Below, piece by piece: positions 22,674-31,764 of a stretch of DNA of 64,000 nt (positions are counted from its first letter, which is position 1; each line of letters opens with the position of its first letter). The DNA comes from Sedimentisphaerales bacterium (GTDB taxonomy: Bacteria; Planctomycetota; Phycisphaerae; Sedimentisphaerales; Anaerobacaceae): the NCBI GenBank assembly GCA_963708075.1, contig OY970194.1, positions 832,001 to 896,000 of the forward strand, in the 5' to 3' direction. A program made the translations under genes and the position numbers. The notes under the pieces are model-generated. The model saw only the letters and a program-made list of their open reading frames with translations, ran no database searches and was not told where the DNA came from.

Positions 22674-24023
22674 ATGAACCTGCCAAATGATATTCAACAG
22701 TATTCCACTTCCCGTCGGGATTTCCTCAAGCAGACCTCCGGCGCATTGGCCGGGGCTGCATTGGCTGGCGCGATCAGCACGCGGGCCTATGCCGGTGAGC
22801 AGAACACGATCAAGATCGCCCTGGTCGGCTGCGGCGGACGCGGTACAGGCGCGGCGGACAACGCGCTGTCCACGAAGGGGCCGGTGCAGTTGGTGGCCAT
22901 GGCCGATGCCTTCAACGACCGGTTGCAGGCGAGCCTCAGTAATCTGGCTGGGAAGTTCTCCAAGCAGGTGGATGTGCCCAAGGATCGGCAGTTCGTCGGG
23001 CTCGAAGGCTTCACAAAGGCGATTGACTGCGTTGCCCCGGGCGGGGTGGTTCTGCTGGCGACCCCGCCGGCGTTCCGGCCGATCCATGTGGAGCACGCCG
23101 TAGCCAAGGGTTGCCACGTGTTCATGGAGAAGGCGTTCGCCGTGGATGCCCCGGGCGTGCGGCGGATTCTCAAGGCGGGCAAGGAGGCCGAGGCGAAGAA
23201 TCTCAAGATCGCCGGGGGCCTGATGAGCCGGCATTCCCAGCCGCTCCAGGAGGCAATCGAGCAGATCCACAAGGGTGCCATCGGTGACGTGATCACCTCT
23301 TGGGCGTACCGCGAGCACGGGGCCGTGCCGTTCTCCGACAGACGCCAGGGTGAAAGCGAGCTGGCCCACCAGATTCGTAACTTCCATTGCTTCACCTGGG
23401 CCAACGGGAGCTTCCTTCTGGACTGGCTCATCCATAACCTCGACGTATGCTGCTGGGTGACGGATGCCTGGCCGGTTTCGGCGCAGGGGCAGGGCGGGCG
23501 GCAGGTCCGCACGAACCCGGACCAACTGTTCGACCACTATGCCGTCGAGTACCATTTCCCGAACGGGACACGCCTGTTTGCACAGGGGCGACATATCGAG
23601 AATTGCTGGGGCTTCTTCGGCGACGTCATCCATGGCGCGAAGGGCTCGGCCGTGCTCGGCGAAGGCATCAGCGAGCCCCGCCTGTTCAAAGGGCACAACC
23701 AGACACCCGAGAACGTCATTTGGCGATATAAGGGACCGCCTTGTAACCAGTATCAGGTCGAGCACGATCTGCTGTTCCAGGCGATTCGCGAGAACAAGCC
23801 TTATAACGAGGCGCAACGTTCGGCGTACGCCGCGATGGCCGGCATTCTCGGCCGGATGGCGGCCGAGTCGGGCCAGATGATCACCTGGGAGCAGGCGATG
23901 GCGTCGAACGTGGAGTTGGCCCCCGGCCTGGAGCGCTACACGATCAATTCGAACCCGCCGGTCATGCCGGACGCCAACGGCAACTACCCGGTGGCAATGC
24001 CCGGGTCAACCAAAGTCCTTTAG
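22674..24023 (+). CDS. Tat-exported Gfo/Idh/MocA oxidoreductase
   Basis: TSRRDFLK, IALVGCGGRGTGA, ATPPAFRP, HVFMEK, IHNLDV. Confidence 0.92.
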   Translation: MNLPNDIQQYSTSRRDFLKQTSGALAGAALAGAISTRAYAGEQNTIKIALVGCGGRGTGAADNALSTKGPVQLVAMADAFNDRLQASLSNLAGKFSKQVDVPKDRQFVGLEGFTKAIDCVAPGGVVLLATPPAFRPIHVEHAVAKGCHVFMEKAFAVDAPGVRRILKAGKEAEAKNLKIAGGLMSRHSQPLQEAIEQIHKGAIGDVITSWAYREHGAVPFSDRRQGESELAHQIRNFHCFTWANGSFLLDWLIHNLDVCCWVTDAWPVSAQGQGGRQVRTNPDQLFDHYAVEYHFPNGTRLFAQGRHIENCWGFFGDVIHGAKGSAVLGEGISEPRLFKGHNQTPENVIWRYKGPPCNQYQVEHDLLFQAIRENKPYNEAQRSAYAAMAGILGRMAAESGQMITWEQAMASNVELAPGLERYTINSNPPVMPDANGNYPVAMPGSTKVL

Positions 24024-24335
24024 ACTGCGGCACGAGTACCAGGCGTCACCGGGGATGGTCTATCCCTGTGACCATGCCGGCCCAAACTACGTCCGCTAAA
24101 ATCGCTGACTCCTCGCACCTGGAGCGAAAATGCACGTACTATATTCAGAAAAAGACAGCGACCCGTCGGGCTGTGGAAAGAACAGATATTCCGACGTGGG
24201 AATCGCGACATAAGCTTCAACACCTTTACTTTCTTTCACAACCCCCCGGCATACCCACCCAGTGGCCGGGGAGTGTAAGCAAGAAAGTAGACGGCTTCTC
24301 GCGAGTTGGGGAAGCGTCGTTGTGCCCGCCGGCTG

Positions 24336-25619
24336 TCACGCCGGTTGACCGGGCAGGGGGATGACGTTCTCCTGCGGGATTTCCACCGTGCCTTTCTCGA
24401 AGTCCTCGGCCGTCGGCTTGAGCGTCAGGTTGTAGAACTTGGGGTTCAGGTTCGGGTCTTCCATGATCTCTTTCCAGGAAACCTGCTGGCCGGTATAGGC
24501 GGAGATGCGGCCCATCACGGCCGTGGCGCTGGACTCGGCGACCGCCTTCGCCTGGTTCACCGGTTTGCCCTTGTTCACGTAGTACAGGGTATTGATCTGC
24601 TCCTGATGATGGCTGCTCGGCCCCTGCGGCAGATCGGCCGGGATCGGCGATTGCCGGCAGTCCGGGTGATCGCTGCCGTTGGTGTGGCCCTTCTCATAGA
24701 CGAAGTCATGCCCGGTCCAGTTCCAGCAGCCGTTGATCTGCCGGCACATGGAATGGATGTGCACGCCGTCGCCATAGTCGTAGTCCACGCTGAAGAAGTC
24801 GTACATGTCGCCCGCATTGCGCCGGCCCCGGCCGCCGAATCCCACGGCACTGATCGGCGGGCCCCCACAGTACCAATTGGCGACATCAATATTGTGGACA
24901 TGCTGCTCGACGAGATGATCGCCCGAGAGCGAGATCCAGTTTTGCCACGTCCGCACGAGGTCGTCCGGCGTCTTCGGGTTGATAGGGTGGGTCCAGAACA
25001 TGCTGGCGATGCAGAAGGAGACCCGGCCTGCGTAGAGCCTGCCGAGTGCCTTCTCGACCGCCACGGCCTGGTGGGTCTTGATGAAGTTCCAGTCATGGCG
25101 CATCTCTGTGCCGGCGACGATCACCAGACCCTTCTTCTCCGCTTCCGCTCCGGCGGCGATCACGCGCCGGCACCCCGGCGGATCGACTGCCACGGGCTTC
25201 TCGATGAATACGTTCTTGCCTGCCTTGACTGCCGCCTCCAGATGCAATGGCCGGAAGATCGGAGCCTGCGCCATCAGAACCGTCTGGACATCGGTTGCGA
25301 GCAGGTCGTGATAGCTCGCCGGGCCGTCGAAGCAGCGTTCCGGTGGGACGTTCAGGTCCTTTCCCGCCTGCAGGGCCCGCTCCTTGAAATAGTCGGAGAC
25401 CGCCACAAATTGGACGTTGAAGCCGAGAATCTTGCCCGCCTCCAGCGCATCGGCAGCCGCCCCGCGGCCCCGCCCGCCACAGCCGATCAGTCCCAGCTTG
25501 AACGTCCTGCCCTGCCCCTTGGCCGTCGTGCCAAGGATCAACGGCGCCCCGAGCGCTACACCCGTCCCCAACGTTCTCTGCATGAAATTTCGTCGCGACA
25601 ACCTGGCTGATTTCTCCAT
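24336..25619 (-). CDS. Tat-exported Gfo/Idh/MocA oxidoreductase
   Basis: LSRRNFMQ, LIGCGGRG, VFIEKP, EQHVHNID. AAGGAG RBS before ATG 25619. Confidence 0.92.
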   Translation of the reverse strand: MEKSARLSRRNFMQRTLGTGVALGAPLILGTTAKGQGRTFKLGLIGCGGRGRGAAADALEAGKILGFNVQFVAVSDYFKERALQAGKDLNVPPERCFDGPASYHDLLATDVQTVLMAQAPIFRPLHLEAAVKAGKNVFIEKPVAVDPPGCRRVIAAGAEAEKKGLVIVAGTEMRHDWNFIKTHQAVAVEKALGRLYAGRVSFCIASMFWTHPINPKTPDDLVRTWQNWISLSGDHLVEQHVHNIDVANWYCGGPPISAVGFGGRGRRNAGDMYDFFSVDYDYGDGVHIHSMCRQINGCWNWTGHDFVYEKGHTNGSDHPDCRQSPIPADLPQGPSSHHQEQINTLYYVNKGKPVNQAKAVAESSATAVMGRISAYTGQQVSWKEIMEDPNLNPKFYNLTLKPTAEDFEKGTVEIPQENVIPLPGQPA

Positions 25620-25809
25620 GAGACCGCTCCTTAGAAACTCTTTTGACCTCGGGGTCCCTGCAACAACACTGATCGATGGCGATAGGCAACGGTGTCCGCC
25701 CGCCGCCCGTGACTCTCGTCCCCCGATTGTAATCTCGTGACTGCTCCATTCAAGTGCAATTGTCCGCAATGACCGGAAGGTGTCGGTGCAGGTTTTGGGG
25801 CATTGTGCC

Positions 25810-25901
25810 GGGTGGCAGCGGCAAGCGCCGGCTTGCCGATGGCTCCTCAGATCCATAGCACCATCGGCAAGCTCCGCAGACTCCGCTTGCCGCTGCCACC
25901 C
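25810..25901. repeat. Dispersed hairpin element, copy 2
   Basis: Outer stem GGGTGGCAGCGGCAAGCG / CGCTTGCCGCTGCCACCC, inner stem GCTTGCCGATGG / CCATCGGCAAGC. Confidence 0.9.
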
Positions 25902-26007
25902 GGCCTCCGTGATTGAGCAGAATCCTCATTGGCGTTTCGTCCGGAGCGGCTACACTGAGCCGTGGTTCGGCAATCTATGAATGCATGGCGACGGAAAGGA
26001 GTGAGCT

Positions 26008-26592
26008 ATGAACGACATTGTCAAGATCCTGGGATTCGCGGGCAGCCTGCGAAAGGGCTCATACAACAAGGCCATTCTGCGTGCCGCCCTGGAGCTTGTG
26101 CCCGAGGATGCCGAGTTGGAGACGTTCGACCTCGAAGGAATTCCTCCGTTCAACCAGGACCTGGACACGGCCCCTCCCGCGAAAGTGAAGGAGTTCAAAT
26201 CCGGCATCCGGGCCGCGGATGCCATTCTCATTGCCACGCCCGAGTACAACTACTCCATCCCCGGCGTTCTGAAGAACGCGATCGACTGGGCGAGCCGGCC
26301 GTATGCGGAGAATGTCTTCGACGGCAAACCGCTGGGCATTATGGGGGCCTCCCCCGGCATGATCGGGACGGCCAGAGCCCAGTACGACCTGCGCCGGGCG
26401 TGCGTCTTCCTGAACATGTATCCGGTGAACCGGCCGGAGGTGATGGTCTCGTACTGCGAGGACAAAATCGACCAGTCCGGCAGAGTGACCGACGGACACA
26501 CTCGCGACAAGATCAGACAATTGCTCCAGGCGCTGGTCACATGGACGCGGCGACTCCGTGCCGCCGAGTACGCGGAACAGGCAACCTACTGA
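26008..26592 (+). CDS. NAD(P)H-dependent FMN reductase (ChrR/SsuE-like flavodoxin fold)
   Basis: GSLRKGSYN, TPEYNYSIPGVLKNAIDWASR, GTARAQ. Confidence 0.93.
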   Translation: MNDIVKILGFAGSLRKGSYNKAILRAALELVPEDAELETFDLEGIPPFNQDLDTAPPAKVKEFKSGIRAADAILIATPEYNYSIPGVLKNAIDWASRPYAENVFDGKPLGIMGASPGMIGTARAQYDLRRACVFLNMYPVNRPEVMVSYCEDKIDQSGRVTDGHTRDKIRQLLQALVTWTRRLRAAEYAEQATY

Positions 26593-26611
26593 GAGTCCAC
26601 GTCGCCGCGCA

Positions 26612-29149
26612 TCATTCGGACTTGATCACTCGGATGTCATCGACGTACACGCTGCCTGCGCCGCCCGCTTTCGGGGCGTCGCGGTCCCCGGCTCCAATGT
26701 ATATCTTCTTGATCGCCGACAATGTCACGCCGCTATCGCTGAACCTCTTCAGCGGTATCTTCCACTCGACCCATTGCGTTGCCGTCAGCACGGTGGAATC
26801 CGGGTGAGTGGCAACGGCTGTGCGATTGTTCTTGTCCTGAATCGCGACGTAGAACGACGCGGGCCCGTTGAGAGCCTTGCCCCGGACGTAGAGGACCAGC
26901 GTGTTCATACCGTTGACGGTCCAGTCCTGCGGTGCAGTCCAGGTTCGCTCGGCCTCCGAGTAGTACGGCTTGATCGCATTGTTGTAGTCCATCGGCATGG
27001 ATTGCGAGCCGCCGTGGACGATGCGGGTCTCCGCGATGGTGCCGCCGTAGTACGGGCTGTCCGCATTCCAGATGTCATGCCCGACGACGGCGCCCGTGTC
27101 GTTGCCGGGGACATTCACAGGCTCGCTGTAGCCATAGCCGTCAAGCCAGGCCTGGAATATGCGGTTCCCGACCTCATTCGTGTAGCTCTCGAAGTCATCG
27201 ACGACGAGAAAAGCGGCCGTGGTGAAACTCCAGACGCTGCCTCGCCACGGGCTGTCGGCGGCGGCCGTGTTGACCTCATCGACGCGCCAGTAATACGTCT
27301 TGCCCCAGTCCAGAGTCCCCGGGTCAAACGTCATGGCATCGGCCGCCTGGCGGTTACGATAAATGTCTGCGGTCGTTGCGTCCGCGTTGGCCACTGCCTC
27401 GGCATTGTCGCCAAAGTACACGTCATGATGCGTGGCGCTCTCACCTGGGCTCCAACGGAGCACCGGGGCCTGATAGACATTCACGGCTGTGTTGGTCGGG
27501 TACGGGGTGGTGGCCCGAAGCGGCAACTGCAGGGGACCGGCCGGGATGATCTGCTTTTCAATCGACGGACTCTGCCACGACAATGCGGCCTTGGCGCTGC
27601 CCCCGTCCTCATGCCAGTCCATCTGCAGGCGGTAGATCTGGCCGGCGACGAGATCCACTTCCACCACCTCATCCGCTGTGCTGCCCCAATTGTTGATCAG
27701 TAACCGGCCGTCCAGCCAGAGCCGGACCCCGTCGTCGGTGTTGACGAACAGTCGATACGTCTGACTGAAGGGGACCTCAAGATCGGCCTTCCAGATCGCC
27801 GAAACGTTGTCACTGAGCCCCCCGGCAATTTCTCCGCCGCCCCAATTGTGGTCGATAGAATTCTCGACTTGCGTCAGCACGGGGGCGCCTTCGGCCTCGG
27901 TGCCCTTGAAGTACTGGGCCTTTACGCCGAGGCCCGGGCCAACCGTCTTGAAACTCCAGACGTTGCCCGGCCGAACCGTGTCGTCGATGAGATGCTCGTC
28001 GATCCGCCAGTAGTAGGTGGTATTCGCCGCGAGCGTGCCGGGGTCGAATGTCATCATAGGCTGATTGCCCTTGCGAGCACTCGCATCGCCCGCCTGGACA
28101 GCCGCCTTGTCCGTGCCGAAGTAGACATCGTGGGACACCGCGCCGGCCCCGGGCAGCCACTCCAGGTCGGCCTCGACGTCCACCCCTTTGCGATTGTCCC
28201 ATGGCTGAGGCGCGTAAGCGGCAGCAGGCGCTGAGGTGAAGCTCCAGACGTCGCCCGTGTAGACGGTCTTGCCGTCTGTTCCGATCTCATCCACACGCCA
28301 GTAGTAGGTCGTCTCCGGGGTCAGAAGAGGGGTAGCGATATGCGCCGCCCGGGAGAGGGGCAGACGGGTCACGTATTCCGCCTGGCCCGGCGTCGGGTTG
28401 ACGCCGAAGTACAGATCGTGGGAAGCGGCGGCGACCCCGGGCGTCCACTGAAGCAGCGGCGAGGACACGTTGATGGCTTTGTCCGCCGGTGTGGGCTCTG
28501 ATGCCTTGGCCGGTCCTCTATCGAACACCGCTGTCACCAGCTTGCCGCCGACATTCGATGTGACGGCGTAGCCGATGTAGACCTTCGGGGGAATCCCGGC
28601 TGCGGTGTCGCTGCCCACCTCCGTCCACGTCTTTCCGTCAGGCGAAACAGACCCGGCAAATGTGTCCCCGGTCCGCGTGACCTTGACCCAGTAGGGTGCG
28701 GTCATCGTCCCGCTACTCTCCACCAGGGCGACGCCGCTGACGGCAGTCCGGTAGAAAAGCATGACCCCGTGGTCCCTGGTGTCCGAATTGACGCTGACCC
28801 CCATGAAGATGAACGGCGAGCCGGCCATGTTTGGCACCACGCGAATCATCACGCCCGCCATAGAGTAGTCAGTCACAGGAGGATCGATGCTGGCCACCCT
28901 CGCGACCAGTTCACCGTTGCCGGTGAGTTCCTTGTACACGTAGCGGAACTGGTCCGACGTGCCCATGATCCCGGTGCCGTCCCCCTTGATGGTCCACGAG
29001 TCCGTGGCCGCCTGATACTGAGCGCTGCCGGCCGCCGCGGGACCGCCGACGTCAATGCTCGTCCAGCCCGCCGGCAGTTGGGCCTGAACAGAGGGTACAA
29101 AGGACAGGATTGAAAGGACCACAACCAGACGAATCACCGCTCTGCACAT
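26612..29149 (-). CDS. Secreted modular protein: N-terminal beta-sandwich, Fn3-like YYWRVDE repeats, PA14 domain, C-terminal CBM-like domain
   Basis: AGGAGG RBS, signal peptide, three 'YYWR(V/I)DE...VWSF' modules, PA14 motif 'TDDGVRLWLDG', then 'VVDDFESY...VYVDDIRV'. Confidence 0.85.
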   Translation of the reverse strand: MCRAVIRLVVVLSILSFVPSVQAQLPAGWTSIDVGGPAAAGSAQYQAATDSWTIKGDGTGIMGTSDQFRYVYKELTGNGELVARVASIDPPVTDYSMAGVMIRVVPNMAGSPFIFMGVSVNSDTRDHGVMLFYRTAVSGVALVESSGTMTAPYWVKVTRTGDTFAGSVSPDGKTWTEVGSDTAAGIPPKVYIGYAVTSNVGGKLVTAVFDRGPAKASEPTPADKAINVSSPLLQWTPGVAAASHDLYFGVNPTPGQAEYVTRLPLSRAAHIATPLLTPETTYYWRVDEIGTDGKTVYTGDVWSFTSAPAAAYAPQPWDNRKGVDVEADLEWLPGAGAVSHDVYFGTDKAAVQAGDASARKGNQPMMTFDPGTLAANTTYYWRIDEHLIDDTVRPGNVWSFKTVGPGLGVKAQYFKGTEAEGAPVLTQVENSIDHNWGGGEIAGGLSDNVSAIWKADLEVPFSQTYRLFVNTDDGVRLWLDGRLLINNWGSTADEVVEVDLVAGQIYRLQMDWHEDGGSAKAALSWQSPSIEKQIIPAGPLQLPLRATTPYPTNTAVNVYQAPVLRWSPGESATHHDVYFGDNAEAVANADATTADIYRNRQAADAMTFDPGTLDWGKTYYWRVDEVNTAAADSPWRGSVWSFTTAAFLVVDDFESYTNEVGNRIFQAWLDGYGYSEPVNVPGNDTGAVVGHDIWNADSPYYGGTIAETRIVHGGSQSMPMDYNNAIKPYYSEAERTWTAPQDWTVNGMNTLVLYVRGKALNGPASFYVAIQDKNNRTAVATHPDSTVLTATQWVEWKIPLKRFSDSGVTLSAIKKIYIGAGDRDAPKAGGAGSVYVDDIRVIKSE

Positions 29150-29276
29150 GATGTCCTCCTTCAAATGGGAAACCTCCGTTGCCGTGTCGTGCCCACCGAG
29201 GCACCTCCTATACCGTTGAAGACCTGCAAAATGCCGCAATTTGGCAAAGAATGGCTGGCAGAGATGACCACCCCGT

Positions 29277-29305
29277 ATGATAGCAGATCGCCGCCCTCGT
29301 GGCAA
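29277..29305 (-). promoter_or_regulatory. Putative sigma70 promoter for the PA14-domain gene
   Basis: TTGCCA-N17-TATCAT with TG-extended -10 on the minus strand. Confidence 0.5.
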
Positions 29306-29340
29306 CAGAAAACCGGCCTTATCAGACCCCGCCCCGGCCC

Positions 29341-30876
29341 GGTGTGCGACTACATTTCGTGGGGTCAGGCGGGTATCTTGCGTTGGATGTCCCAGTAGTT
29401 ATGCCATAGATGGCTGGAACGCACTGACGCCAGGGCCATCATGGCCTCAGCATTGGGTTTGTCCCAGCGCATCCCTGGGCCTTTGAGCCGGACCGTCAAC
29501 GTCTTGCAGAAGGCCTCTGTCGGGCCCGAGCCGATCTCATAGCCGGCCGCTTTGAATTGTGGATACTGCGTCATCTCCTGGCGGACATCAATGAACTTGA
29601 TCAACTGCTCCAGGGCTTTGCGTTTGTCGGCGGCTCGAAGCGTCTTACGCAGGGCTTGGATCTGCTCCAGGGCCTGCTCGGGGCCTTGCTCTAAGAAGCA
29701 GCCACAGATCTGCTCACGCCAATGCTGGCTTTGCACACTGCCTTGGCCATAGACGCTTTGACTGGCCTTGATCACGTTGTCCCGCAGGTGATAGTAATCC
29801 AGGATGTTGGCCTTGAGCATCGGCAATTGGAGGTGGTATTGCTTGCGAATCCACTCGGCCCCGTCGCTCACCGAGTAGGCCAGAGCGGCTTGATCCAGCT
29901 TGAGTTGGCCGGCGTGCTGACGCATCAACTGGCCCAGCGTCTGGGCATTGCCGCTGGTGCCGATGGCATATTGGTGCTGTTTCGAGGGATCGTAGAACGC
30001 CACGATCTTGAACTCCTTGTACGGCAGATCACTGCCGGGATGCATCGGCCGACGCTTGGGCTGGCCCTTACGGCGACGGGCCCGTCGCTTGCGGCGTTTC
30101 TCTTTCTCCACCTGGGTGACCAAGGGCACCTTAACCCCATCGGCTCCGGTGATGATGCAGGTGGATTTGTTCGGTCCGGACCGGCAGTCCTCGGCCGCCC
30201 AGTCGGGGCCCAGAGCCCCCGAACGCTGCTGCGTCAGGACTTGCCGGCCCTCACCCTCGACAAGGCCGCGGACCGTCTCATGGCTGATGTGCAATTGACC
30301 GACGTAGGCCAGATTCTCGGCGGCGGTGCGAAAGTCACTGCCGACCGCCGCCCGGCAGCATAACTGGCGAACCCCCACGCTGTAGCGACTGTGGCTCATG
30401 CCCAGCCATTGATCCACCGGGGTGATGGAGCCCTTGCCGCGATTCCAATAGACCCGGCGGCGGATCTGAACAGGACCATTGACCGTCAGATACTCAATCG
30501 AACGGCAGCCTTTACTCTCGTACCTGGGGCCGTCGTCGCTGGGCATCGGGGGAAAAAGCCGCCTCACTGTGCTGCTGGCGTAATTGAAGGGCTCTCTCAT
30601 AGAGACGCTGGCGAAACAACGCACTGGCCTGGCGAACGAGTTCTTCGCTATCGGCAATGATGCGTCCGGCCTGGGCCTGATTGACGGCCTTGACCACGTC
30701 CTCGATCAAGGTATCGACCTCTCCCCTCATCGCCTTTTTCAACTGTGAGGCAGTGAGCTTCTCGTGCATGAGTACTTCCTTGCTGTATGACTGAATGACT
30801 GAATAATTCCATTCTCATCATACGCTGTCCAACTGCCCACAGGCCATACGATCCCCACGAAAATTAGTCGCACACC
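29341..30876 (-). mobile_element. Insertion sequence, ISKra4-like (UPF0236-type DDE transposase), 1536 bp
   Basis: TIRs GGTGTGCGACTACATTTCGTGGGG (29341-29364) and CCCCACGAAAATTAGTCGCACACC (30853-30876), 22/24 match. CGGCCC direct repeats at 29335-29340 and 30877-30882. Confidence 0.92.
29365..30769 (-). CDS. ISKra4-like transposase in two overlapping ORFs (30512..30769 and 29365..~30560) joined at TTTTTCCCCC
   Basis: GADG, SDGAEWI, LDYYH, IGSGPTEAFCK, RLKGPGMRW motifs. AAGGAAG RBS before ATG 30769. Confidence 0.88.
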
Positions 30877-30942
30877 CGGCCCGCGGCTGAAGGGTCGCCA
30901 GCCATGAGAAATTGGCTTTGTTTCGCACAATGGGCCCTGCTC

Positions 30943-30971
30943 GTAGGGGCGGGTTTGAAACCCGCCCGTAC
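30943..30971. repeat. GTAG-type REP-like palindrome
   Basis: GTAGGGGCGGGTTTGAAACCCGCCCGTAC: GTAG tetranucleotide followed by a hairpin. Confidence 0.75.
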
Positions 30972-31276
30972 AACTCTCGATGCCCTTAAAGGCACACTAC
31001 AAACCGGCCAGGCCAAATTGGCTTTGTTTCTCACCGGGGAATGATCCGTGTCTTCTTTTATAACCCCCTTTCCAAACAGAGGTTAGCGTCTATCCGTCTC
31101 TCGCCGAATTGGCTTTGTTTCACACACCAACTCCTGGCCCGCCCGGCGACAACCCCCGGGAATTGGCTTTGTTTCGCAGGACGCGCCGCAGCCGAATTGG
31201 CTTTGTTTCGCAAGACGGCTCCTGGATTCCCGGCGACTGTCTCTGGAATTGGCTTTGTTTCGCAGATTCGGCCCGT

Positions 31277-31318
31277 ACTCCGCACTCCACAATCTGCACT
31301 CCGCACTCCGCAATCCCA
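31277..31318. repeat. Heptamer tandem repeat (ACTCCGC)n, ~6 units
   Basis: actccgc actccac aatctgc actccgc actccgc aatccca. Confidence 0.85.
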
Positions 31319-31454
31319 GGGCGTCCGCCCCATAATTGGCTTTGTTTCGCACAACCGCCTTGTTGCTGTCCGCCCAGTGACGGCCCCCGGATTTCACTGC
31401 GTTCCGTCGGTCGGCCGGCAGGCGTGTCTCGCGGGGCATGGAAGACCCTCCGGG

Positions 31455-31487
31455 AATTTTGATTTTTGATGTTTGATTTTTGATTTG
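31455..31487. repeat. Heptamer tandem repeat (ATTTTTG)n, ~4.5 units
   Basis: aattttg atttttg atgtttg atttttg atttg. Confidence 0.85.
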
Positions 31488-31560
31488 AACGGGGCCATCC
31501 GGCCTGCCTGGGCGCGCCGGCGGATCGGTGAGACGTGGTCACCAGACCCTATCCTATAGA

Positions 31561-31588
31561 TAGACGCTCCAGGGGCCGAAATGTTGCA
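31561..31588 (-). promoter_or_regulatory. Putative ECF-sigma promoter pointing into the repeat array
   Basis: Minus strand reads TGCAAC-N16-CGTCTA, matching the AAC-type -35 and CGT-type -10 of many ECF sigma factors. Confidence 0.5.
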
Positions 31589-31764
31589 GGAAGTTTCGTT
31601 AGATAGCGACAATACATTGAGATGCTTTCTAAGCTCTTGCGGCTGAATGACTTATACGTGGCTACCCTCCGGTGTCCCGCCTCTCGGCTTGCATTTCCGC
31701 AGGTTTGGGCGTACACTGAGGTTGTGGCCTCCGAACTGTTGCGCTATTGAGATCGAGAGCAGTC

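Larger units (their letters stand above)
30910..31351. repeat. Array of seven 18-bp direct repeats AATTGGCTTTGTTTCGCA with irregular spacers (not CRISPR)
   Basis: Copies start at 30910, 31016, 31107, 31161, 31195, 31247 and 31334. The 15-bp core is invariant. Spacers are 88, 73, 36, 16, 34 and 69 bp. Confidence 0.95.

Noticed and set aside
21732..23816. 694-aa minus-strand ORF
   Set aside because: The upstream part is the antisense shadow of the oxidoreductase at 22674-24023. Only 21732-22376 has an RBS and protein-like sequence.
30910..31351. CRISPR array
   Set aside because: The repeat is only 18 bp, spacers range from 16 to 88 bp and contain repeats themselves, and no cas genes are in the window.
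30739..31612. Short ORFs with repeated CETKPI / RNKAN / AKQSQ / LALFR peptides
   Set aside because: They are translations of the DNA repeat in several frames on both strands. Spacer lengths do not preserve one frame, so selection looks nucleotide-level. A small peptide cannot be fully excluded.
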